Shown: positions 52,023-62,184, numbered from the stretch's first letter. The stretch is DNA of 64,000 bases from an uncultured Acidobacteriota bacterium (GCA_963814975.1 CAWFFB010000020.1:29202-93201), one strand, 5' to 3'. Numbers and translations are program-made. The notes: generated by a model not told the origin, from the letters alone.

Positions 52023-53141
52023 TCAATGCGGGCGGCCGGTCGTGACGAGCAGGTGCTCGATCGTCCGCGCGTAGTATCGGAGCACCGAGCGGTCGCGTAC
52101 GCGAAACCGGCCGCGTTCGAGAACGACGATTCCGCGCGTCTCGAGCGGTTCGGCGGCTTCCTCGACGGCTTCGCGCCCGCTGGTCACCCCGAGGTTCGCG
52201 CGCCTGACGGCGAGCTCCTCGATCAGCTGATCGATGCGGTTTTCGAGATCGCGCCGGGTGATTGACGGCCGCATCGCGGCGGCAAAGAGGGCGGTCGGCA
52301 GCACCTTGTACAGCGCGCCGATTCTCGCGCGGATCTGGCGGGTGAGCGCCAGCAGGTCGCCGCGCGATTGCGGATCGACATCCCCCACCGGCATCGGCGC
52401 CCCGAAGGTCACGAACGCCCGCGAGCGGTAGCCGACCGCGTAGCGCACCATTTCGGCCAGCTCCCGCGTGAAGGGCCGCTGGCGCTTCTTCACCCGCTGC
52501 CGGGCGAGGACGTGATCTTCGAGCACGAGGTCGTAAGCGATCGCGGTCGGAATGATGACCAGATCACGCCGCTCCGCCGTCAGCGCGGCATGAATCAGTC
52601 CAATCCGGGTCGGCTTCAGCTCACCGCTGTAGCTCCGGCCGCCTTCGGGATAGAAGAGCAGATCGTGCTTCTTGATGATCTCGGCGACGTACGCCTTGAG
52701 GGTGACCAGGTACGCCGGGTCCTTGGTGTTGCGGCGGATGGGAATCGCCCCGGTGACGTGGCGGTGGAGGAGTCCCAGGGGGCCGCCGAACAGGTTGATG
52801 CCGGCCGCGATGAGCGGCGGGCGGATGCCGTTGTCGTCGAGCACCAGCGGTTCGACGAGGTAGTCGGTATGACTCTTGTGATTCGACGCGTAGATGATCC
52901 GATGCGAGCCGGTCGCCCCGGCGACATGGTGCAGGTGCTCGTGCTTGCGCTCGATCTTGCGCAGAATCGGGTAGAGCGGATGCTGCAGCGCCCGGTAGAT
53001 CGGATATCGCTGCTTGGTCTGCAGCTCATCGAGATATCCGTGAATCCGATCGCGGGCGTCGTCGCGGCGTTCGCCCCCGTTCCGGAGGTACTTGACGACC
53101 TCTTCGCGGGCCAGCACAGCCTGAGCGATATCATCGAGCAT
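52023..53141 (-). CDS. Glycerol-3-phosphate acyltransferase family protein (PlsB/PlsC-like)
   Basis: HxxxxD motif NHKSHTDY, IAAGINL, GAIPIRR and FYPEGGRSYSG. Confidence 0.88.
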   Translation of the reverse strand: MLDDIAQAVLAREEVVKYLRNGGERRDDARDRIHGYLDELQTKQRYPIYRALQHPLYPILRKIERKHEHLHHVAGATGSHRIIYASNHKSHTDYLVEPLVLDDNGIRPPLIAAGINLFGGPLGLLHRHVTGAIPIRRNTKDPAYLVTLKAYVAEIIKKHDLLFYPEGGRSYSGELKPTRIGLIHAALTAERRDLVIIPTAIAYDLVLEDHVLARQRVKKRQRPFTRELAEMVRYAVGYRSRAFVTFGAPMPVGDVDPQSRGDLLALTRQIRARIGALYKVLPTALFAAAMRPSITRRDLENRIDQLIEELAVRRANLGVTSGREAVEEAAEPLETRGIVVLERGRFRVRDRSVLRYYARTIEHLLVTTGRPH

Positions 53142-53255
53142 GCGGCGCCACGGAATATAGCACGGCAGCCCGTCGCCATTCACCGGGGAATCCGCGGAAG
53201 ATACCGAGTCCGAAGGGGATTTCTGCGATACCGGCCCGGTCCTCCGTGATCGCCG

Positions 53256-54263
53256 TCACCTCCGCTCCATCGAACGGCATACCGCGTCCGCGAATTCCGA
53301 GGTCGACGCGACGCCGCCCAGATCGCGGGTCCGTACTTCGCCGGCCGCAAGGACAGCGCGGAGCGCGGTCATGACGGCGTCGGCCGCCGCCCGCTCGTCG
53401 ATGTGCACGAGCATCATCACCGCCGACAGCAGCAGCGCGGTCGGGTTCGCCACGTTCTGTCCCGCGATGTCCGGCGCGCTTCCGTGCACCGCCTCGAAGA
53501 CGCCTATCTCGGTGCCCAAGTTCGCCGCACCGACGACGCCGAGACCTCCGACGAGGCCGGCGCACAAATCCGACACGATGTCGCCGTACAGGTTCGGCAT
53601 CACCAGCACGTCGAACTGCCCGGGGTTCATCACCAGGTGCATGCACGCCGCATCGACGATTTTTTCCTCGTAGGTCATGTCCGGGAAGCGGCGGGCGACG
53701 GCGCGGACGCTCTCGAGAAACAGGCCGTCGCCGAGCTTCATGATGTTCGCCTTGTGGATGGCCGTGACCTTCCTGCGGCCGTGACGGTGGGCGTGCCCAA
53801 AGGCGAACTCGGCGATCCGGGTAGACGCGCGCTCGGTGATGATTTTCAGGCTCTCGACCACACCCGGCACGACCTCGTGCTCGAGGCCCGCGTAGAGGTC
53901 CTCGGTGTTCTCGCGCACGATCACGAGATCGACCCCCGCCCACCGGGCCGGCACGCCCGGCAAGTTCCACACCGGCCGCAGGTTCGCGTACAGATCGAGC
54001 GCCTTGCGCAGGCCCACGTTGACGCTGGTGAAGCCCTCTCCGATTGGCGTGCCGACCGGGCCCTTGAGCGCGATCTTGTTGCGCCGCACTGAGGCGATGA
54101 GCTCGGCCGGCAGCGCCTCGCCTGTCTGCTCGAAGGCGGCGACGCCCGCCAGCTGCCGCTCCCAGGTAATCGAGACTCCCGACGCGTCGAGGATGCGCAG
54201 AACCGCGTCGGTCACCTCCGGTCCGATGCCGTCGCCGGGGATGAGGGTGATCGGATGGGGCAT
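53256..54263 (-). CDS. NAD-dependent isocitrate dehydrogenase-like protein (isocitrate/isopropylmalate family)
   Basis: Motifs GDGIGPEV, KGPVGTPIGEGFTSVNV, RENTEDLY, HKANIMK, NLYGDIVSD and EAVHGSAPD. Confidence 0.92.
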   Translation of the reverse strand: MPHPITLIPGDGIGPEVTDAVLRILDASGVSITWERQLAGVAAFEQTGEALPAELIASVRRNKIALKGPVGTPIGEGFTSVNVGLRKALDLYANLRPVWNLPGVPARWAGVDLVIVRENTEDLYAGLEHEVVPGVVESLKIITERASTRIAEFAFGHAHRHGRRKVTAIHKANIMKLGDGLFLESVRAVARRFPDMTYEEKIVDAACMHLVMNPGQFDVLVMPNLYGDIVSDLCAGLVGGLGVVGAANLGTEIGVFEAVHGSAPDIAGQNVANPTALLLSAVMMLVHIDERAAADAVMTALRAVLAAGEVRTRDLGGVASTSEFADAVCRSMERR

Positions 54264-54382
54264 TCGGGTGATCGGACTAGTTCGCGGTTGAGGGTTTACG
54301 GGTCACAGGGAAGACCGATTGTTCGAACGCGACCCCACGACCTGTCAACTGTTCAGCCGTCAACTGGTGACCGCGAGCGTCG

Positions 54383-54868
54383 TCACTCACGCACGTACCA
54401 GAAGAGCAGGACGAGGCCCAGGCCCATGTTCATCGTCATGAGCATCGTTGACGTTCGGTGCAACCGGTCGAATTCGACGCGGCGAGGATCCTCGTTCGGC
54501 AGCTGGCTGATCGGCCCGGACACCTGCGATTGCACGTGCGCCAGCTGTCGCGTGACCGGCACGCCCGAGTAGAGGGCGAGCGCCAGCATGAGGACAACCA
54601 GCGCGACCCTGGCGACGAACGCGGGGGGCGGGCCGAGGAACTTCATGACGAAGAGGCACACGAGAAGGACGACGCCGCAGGCATAGGCGACGAAGTGAAA
54701 TTGCCGCAGAATGGCACCGAAGAGAGCGCCGGCGAGCAGACGGCCGTCCGCGGGATTCCACGCCTGCAGGACCCGGAACGTCTGCGGGGCGACGAGGAGT
54801 CCGAGAATCACCATCCCGCCAACCCACACGACCAGCGCCGCCAGCGCGAGGTACCGGATGAGGAGCAT
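54383..54868 (-). CDS. DUF4149 family membrane protein
   Basis: Four TM helices; VWVGGM...VAP and FDRLHRTS are typical of the family. Confidence 0.82.
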   Translation of the reverse strand: MLLIRYLALAALVVWVGGMVILGLLVAPQTFRVLQAWNPADGRLLAGALFGAILRQFHFVAYACGVVLLVCLFVMKFLGPPPAFVARVALVVLMLALALYSGVPVTRQLAHVQSQVSGPISQLPNEDPRRVEFDRLHRTSTMLMTMNMGLGLVLLFWYVRE

Positions 54869-54874
54869 CTCGTC

Positions 54875-54882
54875 ATTATAAT
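54875..54882. promoter_or_regulatory. Palindromic ATTATAAT giving a perfect -10 (TATAAT) on both strands
   Basis: Each TATAAT lies 6 nt from a start codon (54868 on minus, 54889 on plus). No SD sequence on either side. Confidence 0.6.
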
Positions 54883-54888
54883 TGCCGC

Positions 54889-55752
54889 GTGGACGATGCC
54901 ACCATCGACCGGCTCATCGGGAGAGTGCTGGAGTCGCTGGCGCGGAATGAGCGGATCACTCCGGCGTCCTTGACGTTCCTGTTGCGCTGCTATACCACGA
55001 CAGGCGCGGAGGTGGTCAGCGCGCCGCTTGGGTCTGCGCTGGCCGCGGTACTCGACGGCGCGGCGGAAATGGAGGATCCGCGCGAGCGCGCCGAATGGCT
55101 GACGCTGTTCGTGGAAGCCGCCGCCATCTCGGAAGATGACCGGCTGAGAGATGCGGCGGCTGGTCTCGTCTCTCAACTGCGCCGAGAGTGGCCTGCGCGG
55201 GGTGAACTGGAGCCGGCCGTCCGGTCGGTCGAAGCCTGCCTGAGCGCCGCGAGCATTCTTCCGGGTCGGTTCAATCCGCGCGAGCTGGTCCCGGCCGCCA
55301 TCGACGAGCTCGAGCACGTGGTTCGTGTTGTCTATCAGCCCGGCGGCGGCCTCGCGCACACGCTCAGCGAACCCAAGGGAGCGCGCGGCACTCTCAGGGA
55401 TCACGTGGCGACGGCATCGGCGCTCCTGACCGCGTACGCGATCACGGGACGGTTGCCTTACTCGATGCTGGCGGAAGAACTGACGCAGTTCGCGCAACGC
55501 ACCAGTCCTGAGGCGGGAGCCTCGGAACGGGAGCGCTTCATCACTCGCTCCGAGGCGGCTCGGGTCCTGTGCCGCCTGGCCAAGCTGCACGAAGACGCCG
55601 ACTATCGGCAGGTCGCCGTGATCGCCGTCAGCTCCGACTACGCGGCCGATGCGAAGCGTGCGCTGGCCGACCTCGCGCGCACCTATGCCGACCACGGCGC
55701 GCACGCGGCGATCTTCGGCATCGCGCTCGGTGAGCTCCAGGGCTTGCGTTGA
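54889..55752 (+). CDS. Hypothetical alpha-helical protein (resembles the C-terminal toroid of YyaL/Ssp411-type proteins)
   Basis: GTLRDHVATASALLTAYAITGRLPYSMLAEEL resembles the YyaL G-x-L-x-D repeat; no thioredoxin domain seen. Confidence 0.6.
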   Translation: MDDATIDRLIGRVLESLARNERITPASLTFLLRCYTTTGAEVVSAPLGSALAAVLDGAAEMEDPRERAEWLTLFVEAAAISEDDRLRDAAAGLVSQLRREWPARGELEPAVRSVEACLSAASILPGRFNPRELVPAAIDELEHVVRVVYQPGGGLAHTLSEPKGARGTLRDHVATASALLTAYAITGRLPYSMLAEELTQFAQRTSPEAGASERERFITRSEAARVLCRLAKLHEDADYRQVAVIAVSSDYAADAKRALADLARTYADHGAHAAIFGIALGELQGLR

Positions 55753-55767
55753 AATGATGAAGTTGTC

Positions 55768-55855
55768 GATTGCAGATTTCAGAATGCAGATTGCATTTCA
55801 GAATTGCCGACAATTTGCAATACAATCTGCACTCTGAAATCAACAATCTGCAATC
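55768..55855. repeat. AT-rich inverted heptamer-periodic element
   Basis: GATTGCAGATT (55768) and AATCTGCAATC (55845) are perfect inverted arms. TTCAGAATGCAGATTG (55778) and CAATCTGCACTCTGAA (55823) differ by one mismatch. Confidence 0.88.
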
Positions 55856-55867
55856 TGATGGGTCCCC

Positions 55868-57760
55868 ATGTCGCTTGATCGTTCATTGCTCGTCCCCGCC
55901 CTCAACAATATCGCGACGCGCCTTCGCATCGACGCGGTCCGGTCGACGTCCGCCGCGGGCAGCGGACATCCGACCAGCTGTTGCTCGGCGGCGGACCTCG
56001 TGGCCGCGCTGTTCTTCGCTGAAATGCGTTTCGACCCGAAGGAGCCGCAGCACCCTGGCAGCGATCGCTTCGTGCTCTCCAAGGGTCACGCCGCGCCGCT
56101 GTTGTACGCCGCCTGGGCCGAGGCGGGCGCGTTCGATCCGGCCGAGTTGCTGAAGCTGCGTCAACTCGATTCCGACCTGGAGGGACACCCCACGCCGCGA
56201 TTGCCGTTCGTGGACGTCGCCACGGGCTCGCTCGGCCAGGGGATCTGCGCGGCCGTCGGCATCGCGATGAATGCACGCCGCATTCAGTCGGACTACCGGA
56301 CGTACTGTCTCATCGGCGATGGCGAGTCGGCCGAGGGCTCGGTCTGGGAGGCGGCGAACGTCGCCGCGATCGACTCGCTCGACAATCTGTGCGGGATCAC
56401 CGACGTCAACGCGCTCGGCCAGAGCCGGCCGACGATGTGGCAGCACGACCTCGACCAATTCGCCCGGCGCTGGCGCGCGTTTGGCTGGCATGCCATCGTG
56501 ATTGACGGCCACGACATGAACGCGATTCTGGACGCGTACGTCGAGGCGCGGGCGACCAGGGGACGGCCTTCGATGATCGTCGCCCGGACGGTCAAGGGCA
56601 AAGGGGTCTCGTTTGCGGAGGGGAAGGACGGCTGGCACGGCAGGGCTTTCAAACCAGGGGAGGAGCTCGACCGGGCCCTTGCCGAGCTCGAGGCGCAGTA
56701 CGTGCCCGTGCCGGCGGACGTCGATCTGTCCGGGCAGATCCCGAAGCCAGCCTCGCGGCCGCGTCCCCCGGCCGCCCCCAAACCGATCGCACCGCCCGCA
56801 TACAAGACCGGCGAGCAGGTGGCGACCCGCGAAGCGTACGGCACCGCCCTGGCCAAGCTGGCTGTAGCGGATGAGCGAGTCGTCGCGCTCGATGCCGACG
56901 TGAAGAACTCGACCTTCAGCGACCGGTTCGAGAAGGTCGTGCCGGAGCGCTTTTTCCAGAACTTCATTGCCGAGCAGATCATGATCGGGTCCGCGATGGG
57001 TCTCGCGGCGCGAGGCGCCATTCCGTTCCCGTCGACCTTCGCGTGCTTCCTCAGCCGCGCCGCGGATTTCATCCGCATGGCGGCGATCAGCAACGTCGGC
57101 ATCAAGATGGCTGGCTCGCACGCGGGCGTCTCGATCGGCGAGGACGGCCCCTCGCAGATGGCGCTCGAGGACCTCGCCATGTGCCGGGCACAACCGAACA
57201 TCGCGGTGCTGTACCCGTGCGACGGTGTAAGCGCCGAGCGCTTGGTGGCGCTCGCCGCGTATCACGCCGGCCCCGTGTACATCCGCACGAGCCGGCCGAA
57301 GACGCCGTTGGTGTACTCGGCCGAGGAAACCTTCGAGGTGGGCGGGTTGAAGGTGCTCCGAGAAAGCGCCGCCGATTTGGCAACCGTGGTCGCGGCGGGC
57401 GTGACGGTCTTCGAGGCGCTGAAGGCCTGCGACGCGCTCCAGTCCGCCGGTACGTCAGTGCGAGTGATCGATCTGTATTCGGTGGCGCCCGTGGATCGCC
57501 AGGCGCTCATCGCGGCGGGGACGGCGGCCGGCGGCCGCATCGTGACCGTCGAGGATCACTATGCGGCAGGGGGCATTGGAGATGCGGTCGCGGAGGCCGT
57601 CGCCGACACCGCCATCAGAGTCCATCGGGTTGCGGTCCGCGAAATTCCCCGCAGCGGCAAACCCGATGAGCTGCTCGACCGCTACGGCATCTCCGCCCGT
57701 CACATCGTCGAAGCGGTACGAGCCGTGCTGAGGGAAAAACCCGTCGGCGCGTCTGCCTGA
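55868..57760 (+). CDS. tkt: Transketolase (single chain, about 630 aa)
   Basis: Motifs SGHPTSC, SKGHAAP, LEGHPTP, GSLGQG, GDGESAEG, IAEQ and HAGVSIGEDGPSQ. Confidence 0.95.
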   Translation: MSLDRSLLVPALNNIATRLRIDAVRSTSAAGSGHPTSCCSAADLVAALFFAEMRFDPKEPQHPGSDRFVLSKGHAAPLLYAAWAEAGAFDPAELLKLRQLDSDLEGHPTPRLPFVDVATGSLGQGICAAVGIAMNARRIQSDYRTYCLIGDGESAEGSVWEAANVAAIDSLDNLCGITDVNALGQSRPTMWQHDLDQFARRWRAFGWHAIVIDGHDMNAILDAYVEARATRGRPSMIVARTVKGKGVSFAEGKDGWHGRAFKPGEELDRALAELEAQYVPVPADVDLSGQIPKPASRPRPPAAPKPIAPPAYKTGEQVATREAYGTALAKLAVADERVVALDADVKNSTFSDRFEKVVPERFFQNFIAEQIMIGSAMGLAARGAIPFPSTFACFLSRAADFIRMAAISNVGIKMAGSHAGVSIGEDGPSQMALEDLAMCRAQPNIAVLYPCDGVSAERLVALAAYHAGPVYIRTSRPKTPLVYSAEETFEVGGLKVLRESAADLATVVAAGVTVFEALKACDALQSAGTSVRVIDLYSVAPVDRQALIAAGTAAGGRIVTVEDHYAAGGIGDAVAEAVADTAIRVHRVAVREIPRSGKPDELLDRYGISARHIVEAVRAVLREKPVGASA

Positions 57761-57765
57761 CAGAG

Positions 57766-57846
57766 GGCCACCGGAATCGATTGTCCCGGCGAGAACCGGT
57801 GGCCAAACCACGAGACACGAGAAGAATGCCTGGTTCTTCCCGTGTC
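57766..57846. repeat. Two adjacent hairpins between convergent genes; the second is CACGAG family
   Basis: GGCCACCGG/CCGGTGGCC (57766-57804), and ACCACGAGACACGAGAAGAA/TTCTTCCCGTGTC (57807-57846). Confidence 0.65.
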
Positions 57847-57862
57847 CCGTCTGTCGCCTGTT

Positions 57863-58386
57863 CTACTGGCCTCGAGGGTCGCGCATCGGGGTGCGATCGC
57901 GCCGGTTACCCTGCCGTTGTTGCATCTGTGCCTGCGCCTCCTTCGCTCGCGCCTGCTGTTCGGGCGTCAGGATCCGGAACACTTCGGCGTGAATCCGGGC
58001 GTGAGCGACCGCCAGATCTGACTCGATCGTCGCGAGGTCCGCTGCTCGTGTCCGAATCAGCCCTTCATCCAGCGCGTCGGCCATAACCGAGGCCTGTAAG
58101 CTCTGGCGTGCCGTCATCGCACGGTCGCCGAGCCCCTTCAGTTCGTCGCGGTGCGAATCCATAAGGCCCTTCAGTTGATCCTTCTGGGCGTCGGACAAGT
58201 CCAGGTGCGCGATCACCGCGCCCATCGGCCCGCCGGGACCCCTGAATCCACCGGGGCCGCCACGCCGGTCGGCCGACGGACCGCGCGCTCCATCCATGTT
58301 CTGCGCAGAGACATAGACGCCGGTAGCGAGTCCAACGGTCACTGCGATGGCGCTGATGCCAACTCCAATCGTGTCAGGGTGTTCAT
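57863..58386 (-). CDS. Spy/CpxP family periplasmic chaperone (frameshift in the signal peptide)
   Basis: Motifs LDLSDAQKDQL and ILTPEQQ. ATG 58386 has a GGAGG RBS and joins the main frame if one G is added at TTG GAG TTG. Confidence 0.85.
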
Positions 58387-58504
58387 CGTGCTGTCCTCCA
58401 GAAACGGCCCGGTCGGTATTGCCCGGTTGCCGCATGTTCTGTCTAATTTGACGGAGGAGTCGTGACCCGACTGTGAATCAGCTGTGAAAACACTGTGACG
58501 GGAG

Positions 58505-58580
58505 CTGATCCCAGGCAATCTGAAATCCCACACCTGAAATCTGGAAAACCAGACTTTCAGACTTCAGGTTTCAGACGTGA
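58505..58580. repeat. Inverted periodic element (CTGAAA/TTTCAG)
   Basis: CTGAAATC, CTGAAATC, CTGG versus CCAGA, CTTTCAGA, CTTCAGG, TTTCAGA between divergent genes. Confidence 0.7.
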
Positions 58581-58598
58581 GGTTCATAAGTAACAGTC

Positions 58599-59127
58599 GT
58601 GACTGTGCGTGTACTAGTCGTGGAGGATGAGACCAACATCCGCGAGCTCATCTGCCTTCATCTCGGTCATGAGGGCTATGCGTGTGAGGCCGTCGCCGAA
58701 GGGCAACGCGCCCTGGCGCGCGCCGAACAGGACCGCTTCGACCTGCGCGTCCTCGACGTGATGATCCCCGGCCTCGACGGCCTGTCGCTGTGCCGTGCCG
58801 TGCGGAACGGCCGCGTCAACCCTGACGTGCCGATCCTGATGCTGACGGCGCGAAAAGAGGAGGCGGATAAAGTCCTCGGTCTTGAAAGCGGCGCAGACGA
58901 CTACCTGACCAAGCCATTCGGCGTCCGCGAACTGGTCGCCCGGGCGCGCGCGCTGCTGCGGAGGCCTCGTCAGCGCGCGGATCGGCTGGCGGCTGACGCC
59001 GGGGCCGCGACGGACGGCAGCAGTCCAGCGGTCGTCCGCATCCACGGCATCGAGATTGACGAGCTTTCTGCTGACCGTCTGGGGTGTCGGGTACAAGTTT
59101 GCCGACTTCAAACATCCGGAAACCTGA
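58599..59127 (+). pseudogene. OmpR-family response regulator with an internal out-of-frame deletion of the winged-helix domain
   Basis: The receiver is intact (VVEDE, VLDVMIPG, MLTARK, YLTKPF). After IHGIEID (59060) another frame reads FLLTVWGVGYKFAD...-stop at 59127, the normal OmpR C-terminus. Confidence 0.8.
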
Positions 59128-59390
59128 AACCTGAACCTGAGTGTGCCGGTTTCGCAGCTGAGAGCAAGATCCCATAAACGGCTGAGCCGCTGGCGTTTAC
59201 ATTTACATTCATCGTGCGCTCGTGTAAGATTCTCAGTGCGTTTCCGCTTCCCCGGCGGAGATTCCTCTTACAACTGATGTGGCCGTGCGGCTGATAGGCA
59301 GGGCGCTAGGTCGGACCTTGGCCCGCGACAGCTGCAAGACCCAACGGAGTGTTCGCCTCTCGCGGCGGACTGATCGAAACGGAGCGTCAC

Positions 59391-61181
59391 TTGGCGTCTC
59401 GCAAATGGTTCCGCCACCGGAATGTCTGGATTGCGACGGTCGCCGCCGTCGCCTTTCTCTCCACCGCGGTTGTCGTGATGCGTTCACGTCAGGCTGCCGA
59501 CGCCCCGCGGGTGCCCTTTTCCGATCTGCTGCGCGATCTCAATCGCGGTACGGTCTCGGAAGTCGTCGTCGACGGCGACCAGTTGCGGATTACGCTGAAC
59601 GACGGGCGCGCGATGCGGACCACGACGCCGGCCAACTACGTGACGGCGAATCCTTCGTTCGTCGCCGACCTCGTCAGCAAAGGCGTGCGGATCGACGTGC
59701 GGAGGGGGTCCGAGCAGACGGCGTACAGCTATGGCGCGCTTCTGCTTGGTCTCTCGTTCGTCCTTGTCCTCGGGTTTGCGCTGTATCGCGTCACGACCGG
59801 TCGTATTCCGGCTCTCGAGAGCCGGACGCGTGAGGCCGACAAGGAAGCCACCGTCACGACGTTCGCCGACGTCGCCGGTGTGGACGAAGCGAAGGAAGAG
59901 GTCAAGGAGATCGTCGATTTCCTTCGCGAGCCCGGCCGCTTTTCCGCCATCGGCGGGCGCATTCCGAAGGGTGTCCTGCTGGTCGGGCCGCCGGGCACCG
60001 GCAAGACGCTTCTCGCCCGCTCGATCGCCGGTGAAGCGAAAGTGCCGTTTCTGTTTTCGAGCGGATCCGACTTCGTCGAGATGTACGCGGGCGTCGGCGC
60101 GTCGCGCATCCGCAGGTTGTTCCGCGACGCCCGGCGTCATCCTTCGTGCATCATCTTCATCGACGAGCTCGACGCCGTTGGCCGCAGCCGCGGCGGCAAC
60201 TCGCTCAGCCATGAGGAGCGCGAACAGACACTCAACCAGCTTCTCGTGGAAATGGACGGCTTCGTGGCGAACGATGGGATCGTCGTCATCGCGGCCACCA
60301 ACCGGCCGGATATCCTCGACCCGGCGCTGTTACGCCCCGGGCGCTTCGACAGACAAGTGACGGTGGGCGCACCCGACGTGAAGGGCCGCCTCCAGATTCT
60401 CGAGATTCACTCGAAGAAGGTCGCCCTCGGCCCCGATGTCGACCTGCGGCAGATCGCGCGCGGCACGCCTGGCTTCTCGGGCGCCGAGCTCGCCAACCTG
60501 ATGAACGAGTCCGCCCTGTTGGCGGTCCGCGGCGGCCGCCAGCAGGTCTCGGCCGGGGATCTCGATCAGGCGCGTGACAAGGTGCTGATGGGACCGGAAC
60601 GGCGCTCGCTGACGATGACCGAGCGCGAACGCATCACATGCGCGTACCACGAATCCGGCCACGCAGTCGTCGCGGCGCTGCTTCCGGATGCGGATCCGCT
60701 CCACAAGGTGACCATCATTCCGCGCGGCCGGGCGCTGGGCGTCACGATGCAGTTGCCCGAGGGCGACCGCCACACGCATTCGCGCGAATTTCTCGAGGCC
60801 CAGATCGCCATCCTGATGGGCGGGCGCGTGGCCGAAGAGATGTTCCTCCGACAGACGACGAGCGGCGCCGGCAGCGACATCGAGCGAGCCACCGAGATCG
60901 CCCGCCGCATGGTCTGCGAGTTCGGCATGTCCTCGCTCGGACCCCTGGCGTACCGCACCCCTGGCAACCCGTGGGAAACGGACAAGGGCGTCGGCATCAG
61001 CGAAGCGACCGCGCAGCGCGTCGACGAGGAAGTACGCGAACTCGTGATGCGCGGCTATGAAACCGCGCGGCAGGTGGTCGGCAAGCACCGTGGCGCGGTG
61101 CGCGCGATGGCCGAGGAGCTCTTGCTGGTCGAGTCGCTCGATGCCGAGGGCATCAAAGCCATCATGGCGTCCGCGGCGTAG
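59391..61181 (+). CDS. ftsH: ATP-dependent zinc metalloprotease FtsH (paralogue)
   Basis: Two TM helices, [41 protein letters not shown] and GAGSD. Probable TTG start with GGAG upstream. Confidence 0.95.
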   Translation: MASRKWFRHRNVWIATVAAVAFLSTAVVVMRSRQAADAPRVPFSDLLRDLNRGTVSEVVVDGDQLRITLNDGRAMRTTTPANYVTANPSFVADLVSKGVRIDVRRGSEQTAYSYGALLLGLSFVLVLGFALYRVTTGRIPALESRTREADKEATVTTFADVAGVDEAKEEVKEIVDFLREPGRFSAIGGRIPKGVLLVGPPGTGKTLLARSIAGEAKVPFLFSSGSDFVEMYAGVGASRIRRLFRDARRHPSCIIFIDELDAVGRSRGGNSLSHEEREQTLNQLLVEMDGFVANDGIVVIAATNRPDILDPALLRPGRFDRQVTVGAPDVKGRLQILEIHSKKVALGPDVDLRQIARGTPGFSGAELANLMNESALLAVRGGRQQVSAGDLDQARDKVLMGPERRSLTMTERERITCAYHESGHAVVAALLPDADPLHKVTIIPRGRALGVTMQLPEGDRHTHSREFLEAQIAILMGGRVAEEMFLRQTTSGAGSDIERATEIARRMVCEFGMSSLGPLAYRTPGNPWETDKGVGISEATAQRVDEEVRELVMRGYETARQVVGKHRGAVRAMAEELLLVESLDAEGIKAIMASAA

Positions 61182-62184
61182 CGCCGCCCAGCGCTTCAGC
61201 CGCGGGTGAGTCCGGCCAGATCGGCCTCGCCGCTGCCGCGTATCCCGCATGGGCAAGGCGGCCCTGAAAAAGGGCGGTCTCCGACGCCCAGAAGACGAGC
61301 TTCACCCACAGCCGCGCCAGCACGTAGAGCTGTCCGATCGCAAATCCCAGCCACATCGACCAGCCGGTTGAACTCGCGAGGGGGGCGACCGCCGCATACG
61401 CGGCCAGCACGGCAGCGAACATCAGGGCACCGGACAGATACAAGGCGGCCGCGGCGGTTCCGTTGCGGCGGAGAAATCGTCCCGCGCCGCTCAGCGCGCC
61501 GAGAATGCTGCGTCGATCCTCGACCACCGTCCGCACCTTCGCGTAATCGAGCACCAGGTTGCATGCGGCGAGCGCGACCGCGAAGACGCCGTATAGCGCG
61601 AGGCGCACCGCAAATGCCGAGCGCTCCGCCGTCAGATCGCGCGTGAGATCGCGGAAGAACGTGCCGAACATCCAGGGATGGAGGACACGGAACAGCAGTC
61701 CGTACGCGAGCGCCGCCACGATGCCGAGCCGTAACAAGCGCACGCCGTACACCCCCGAGGCCCATAGGAAGCCTTCTACGTGGGTGGCCCGGTCTCTTGC
61801 GTATCGATCGATGACGCCGCCCGCCACGAGGGTCCACAGCGCCAGATACAGGACCACGGCGGCGACGATGAGCAGCGGCCGCCGCTCCTGGTCGACGAAC
61901 GCGCTCAGATTGTCCAAGGGCGCGGCGAAACCGATGACAGCCGGAGAGAACGTCGTTCCCACCCCGCTCGCCTGTCCACGGAACTCCTGCATCCAGTCAT
62001 GATTCACGCCGCGGGCCGCCGCGTTCGCCTCGTGGCTCGCGTCGAGGTGCGCGGCGATCTGGCCGCCCATCTCGAGGGTCAGCGGCACGCTGACGAGCAG
62101 GGTCATCATCCAGACGCCGAGGAGGAGCGCCGGAGCGCTGTTCACCCGGTGAATCCCGTCCCGGAGCGCTTGGAGAGCAGTCAT
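61162..62184 (-). CDS. Hypothetical integral membrane protein
   Basis: Several TM segments; co-oriented downstream of the M1 peptidase. Confidence 0.75.
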   Translation of the reverse strand: MTALQALRDGIHRVNSAPALLLGVWMMTLLVSVPLTLEMGGQIAAHLDASHEANAAARGVNHDWMQEFRGQASGVGTTFSPAVIGFAAPLDNLSAFVDQERRPLLIVAAVVLYLALWTLVAGGVIDRYARDRATHVEGFLWASGVYGVRLLRLGIVAALAYGLLFRVLHPWMFGTFFRDLTRDLTAERSAFAVRLALYGVFAVALAACNLVLDYAKVRTVVEDRRSILGALSGAGRFLRRNGTAAAALYLSGALMFAAVLAAYAAVAPLASSTGWSMWLGFAIGQLYVLARLWVKLVFWASETALFQGRLAHAGYAAAARPIWPDSPAAEALGGATPRTP

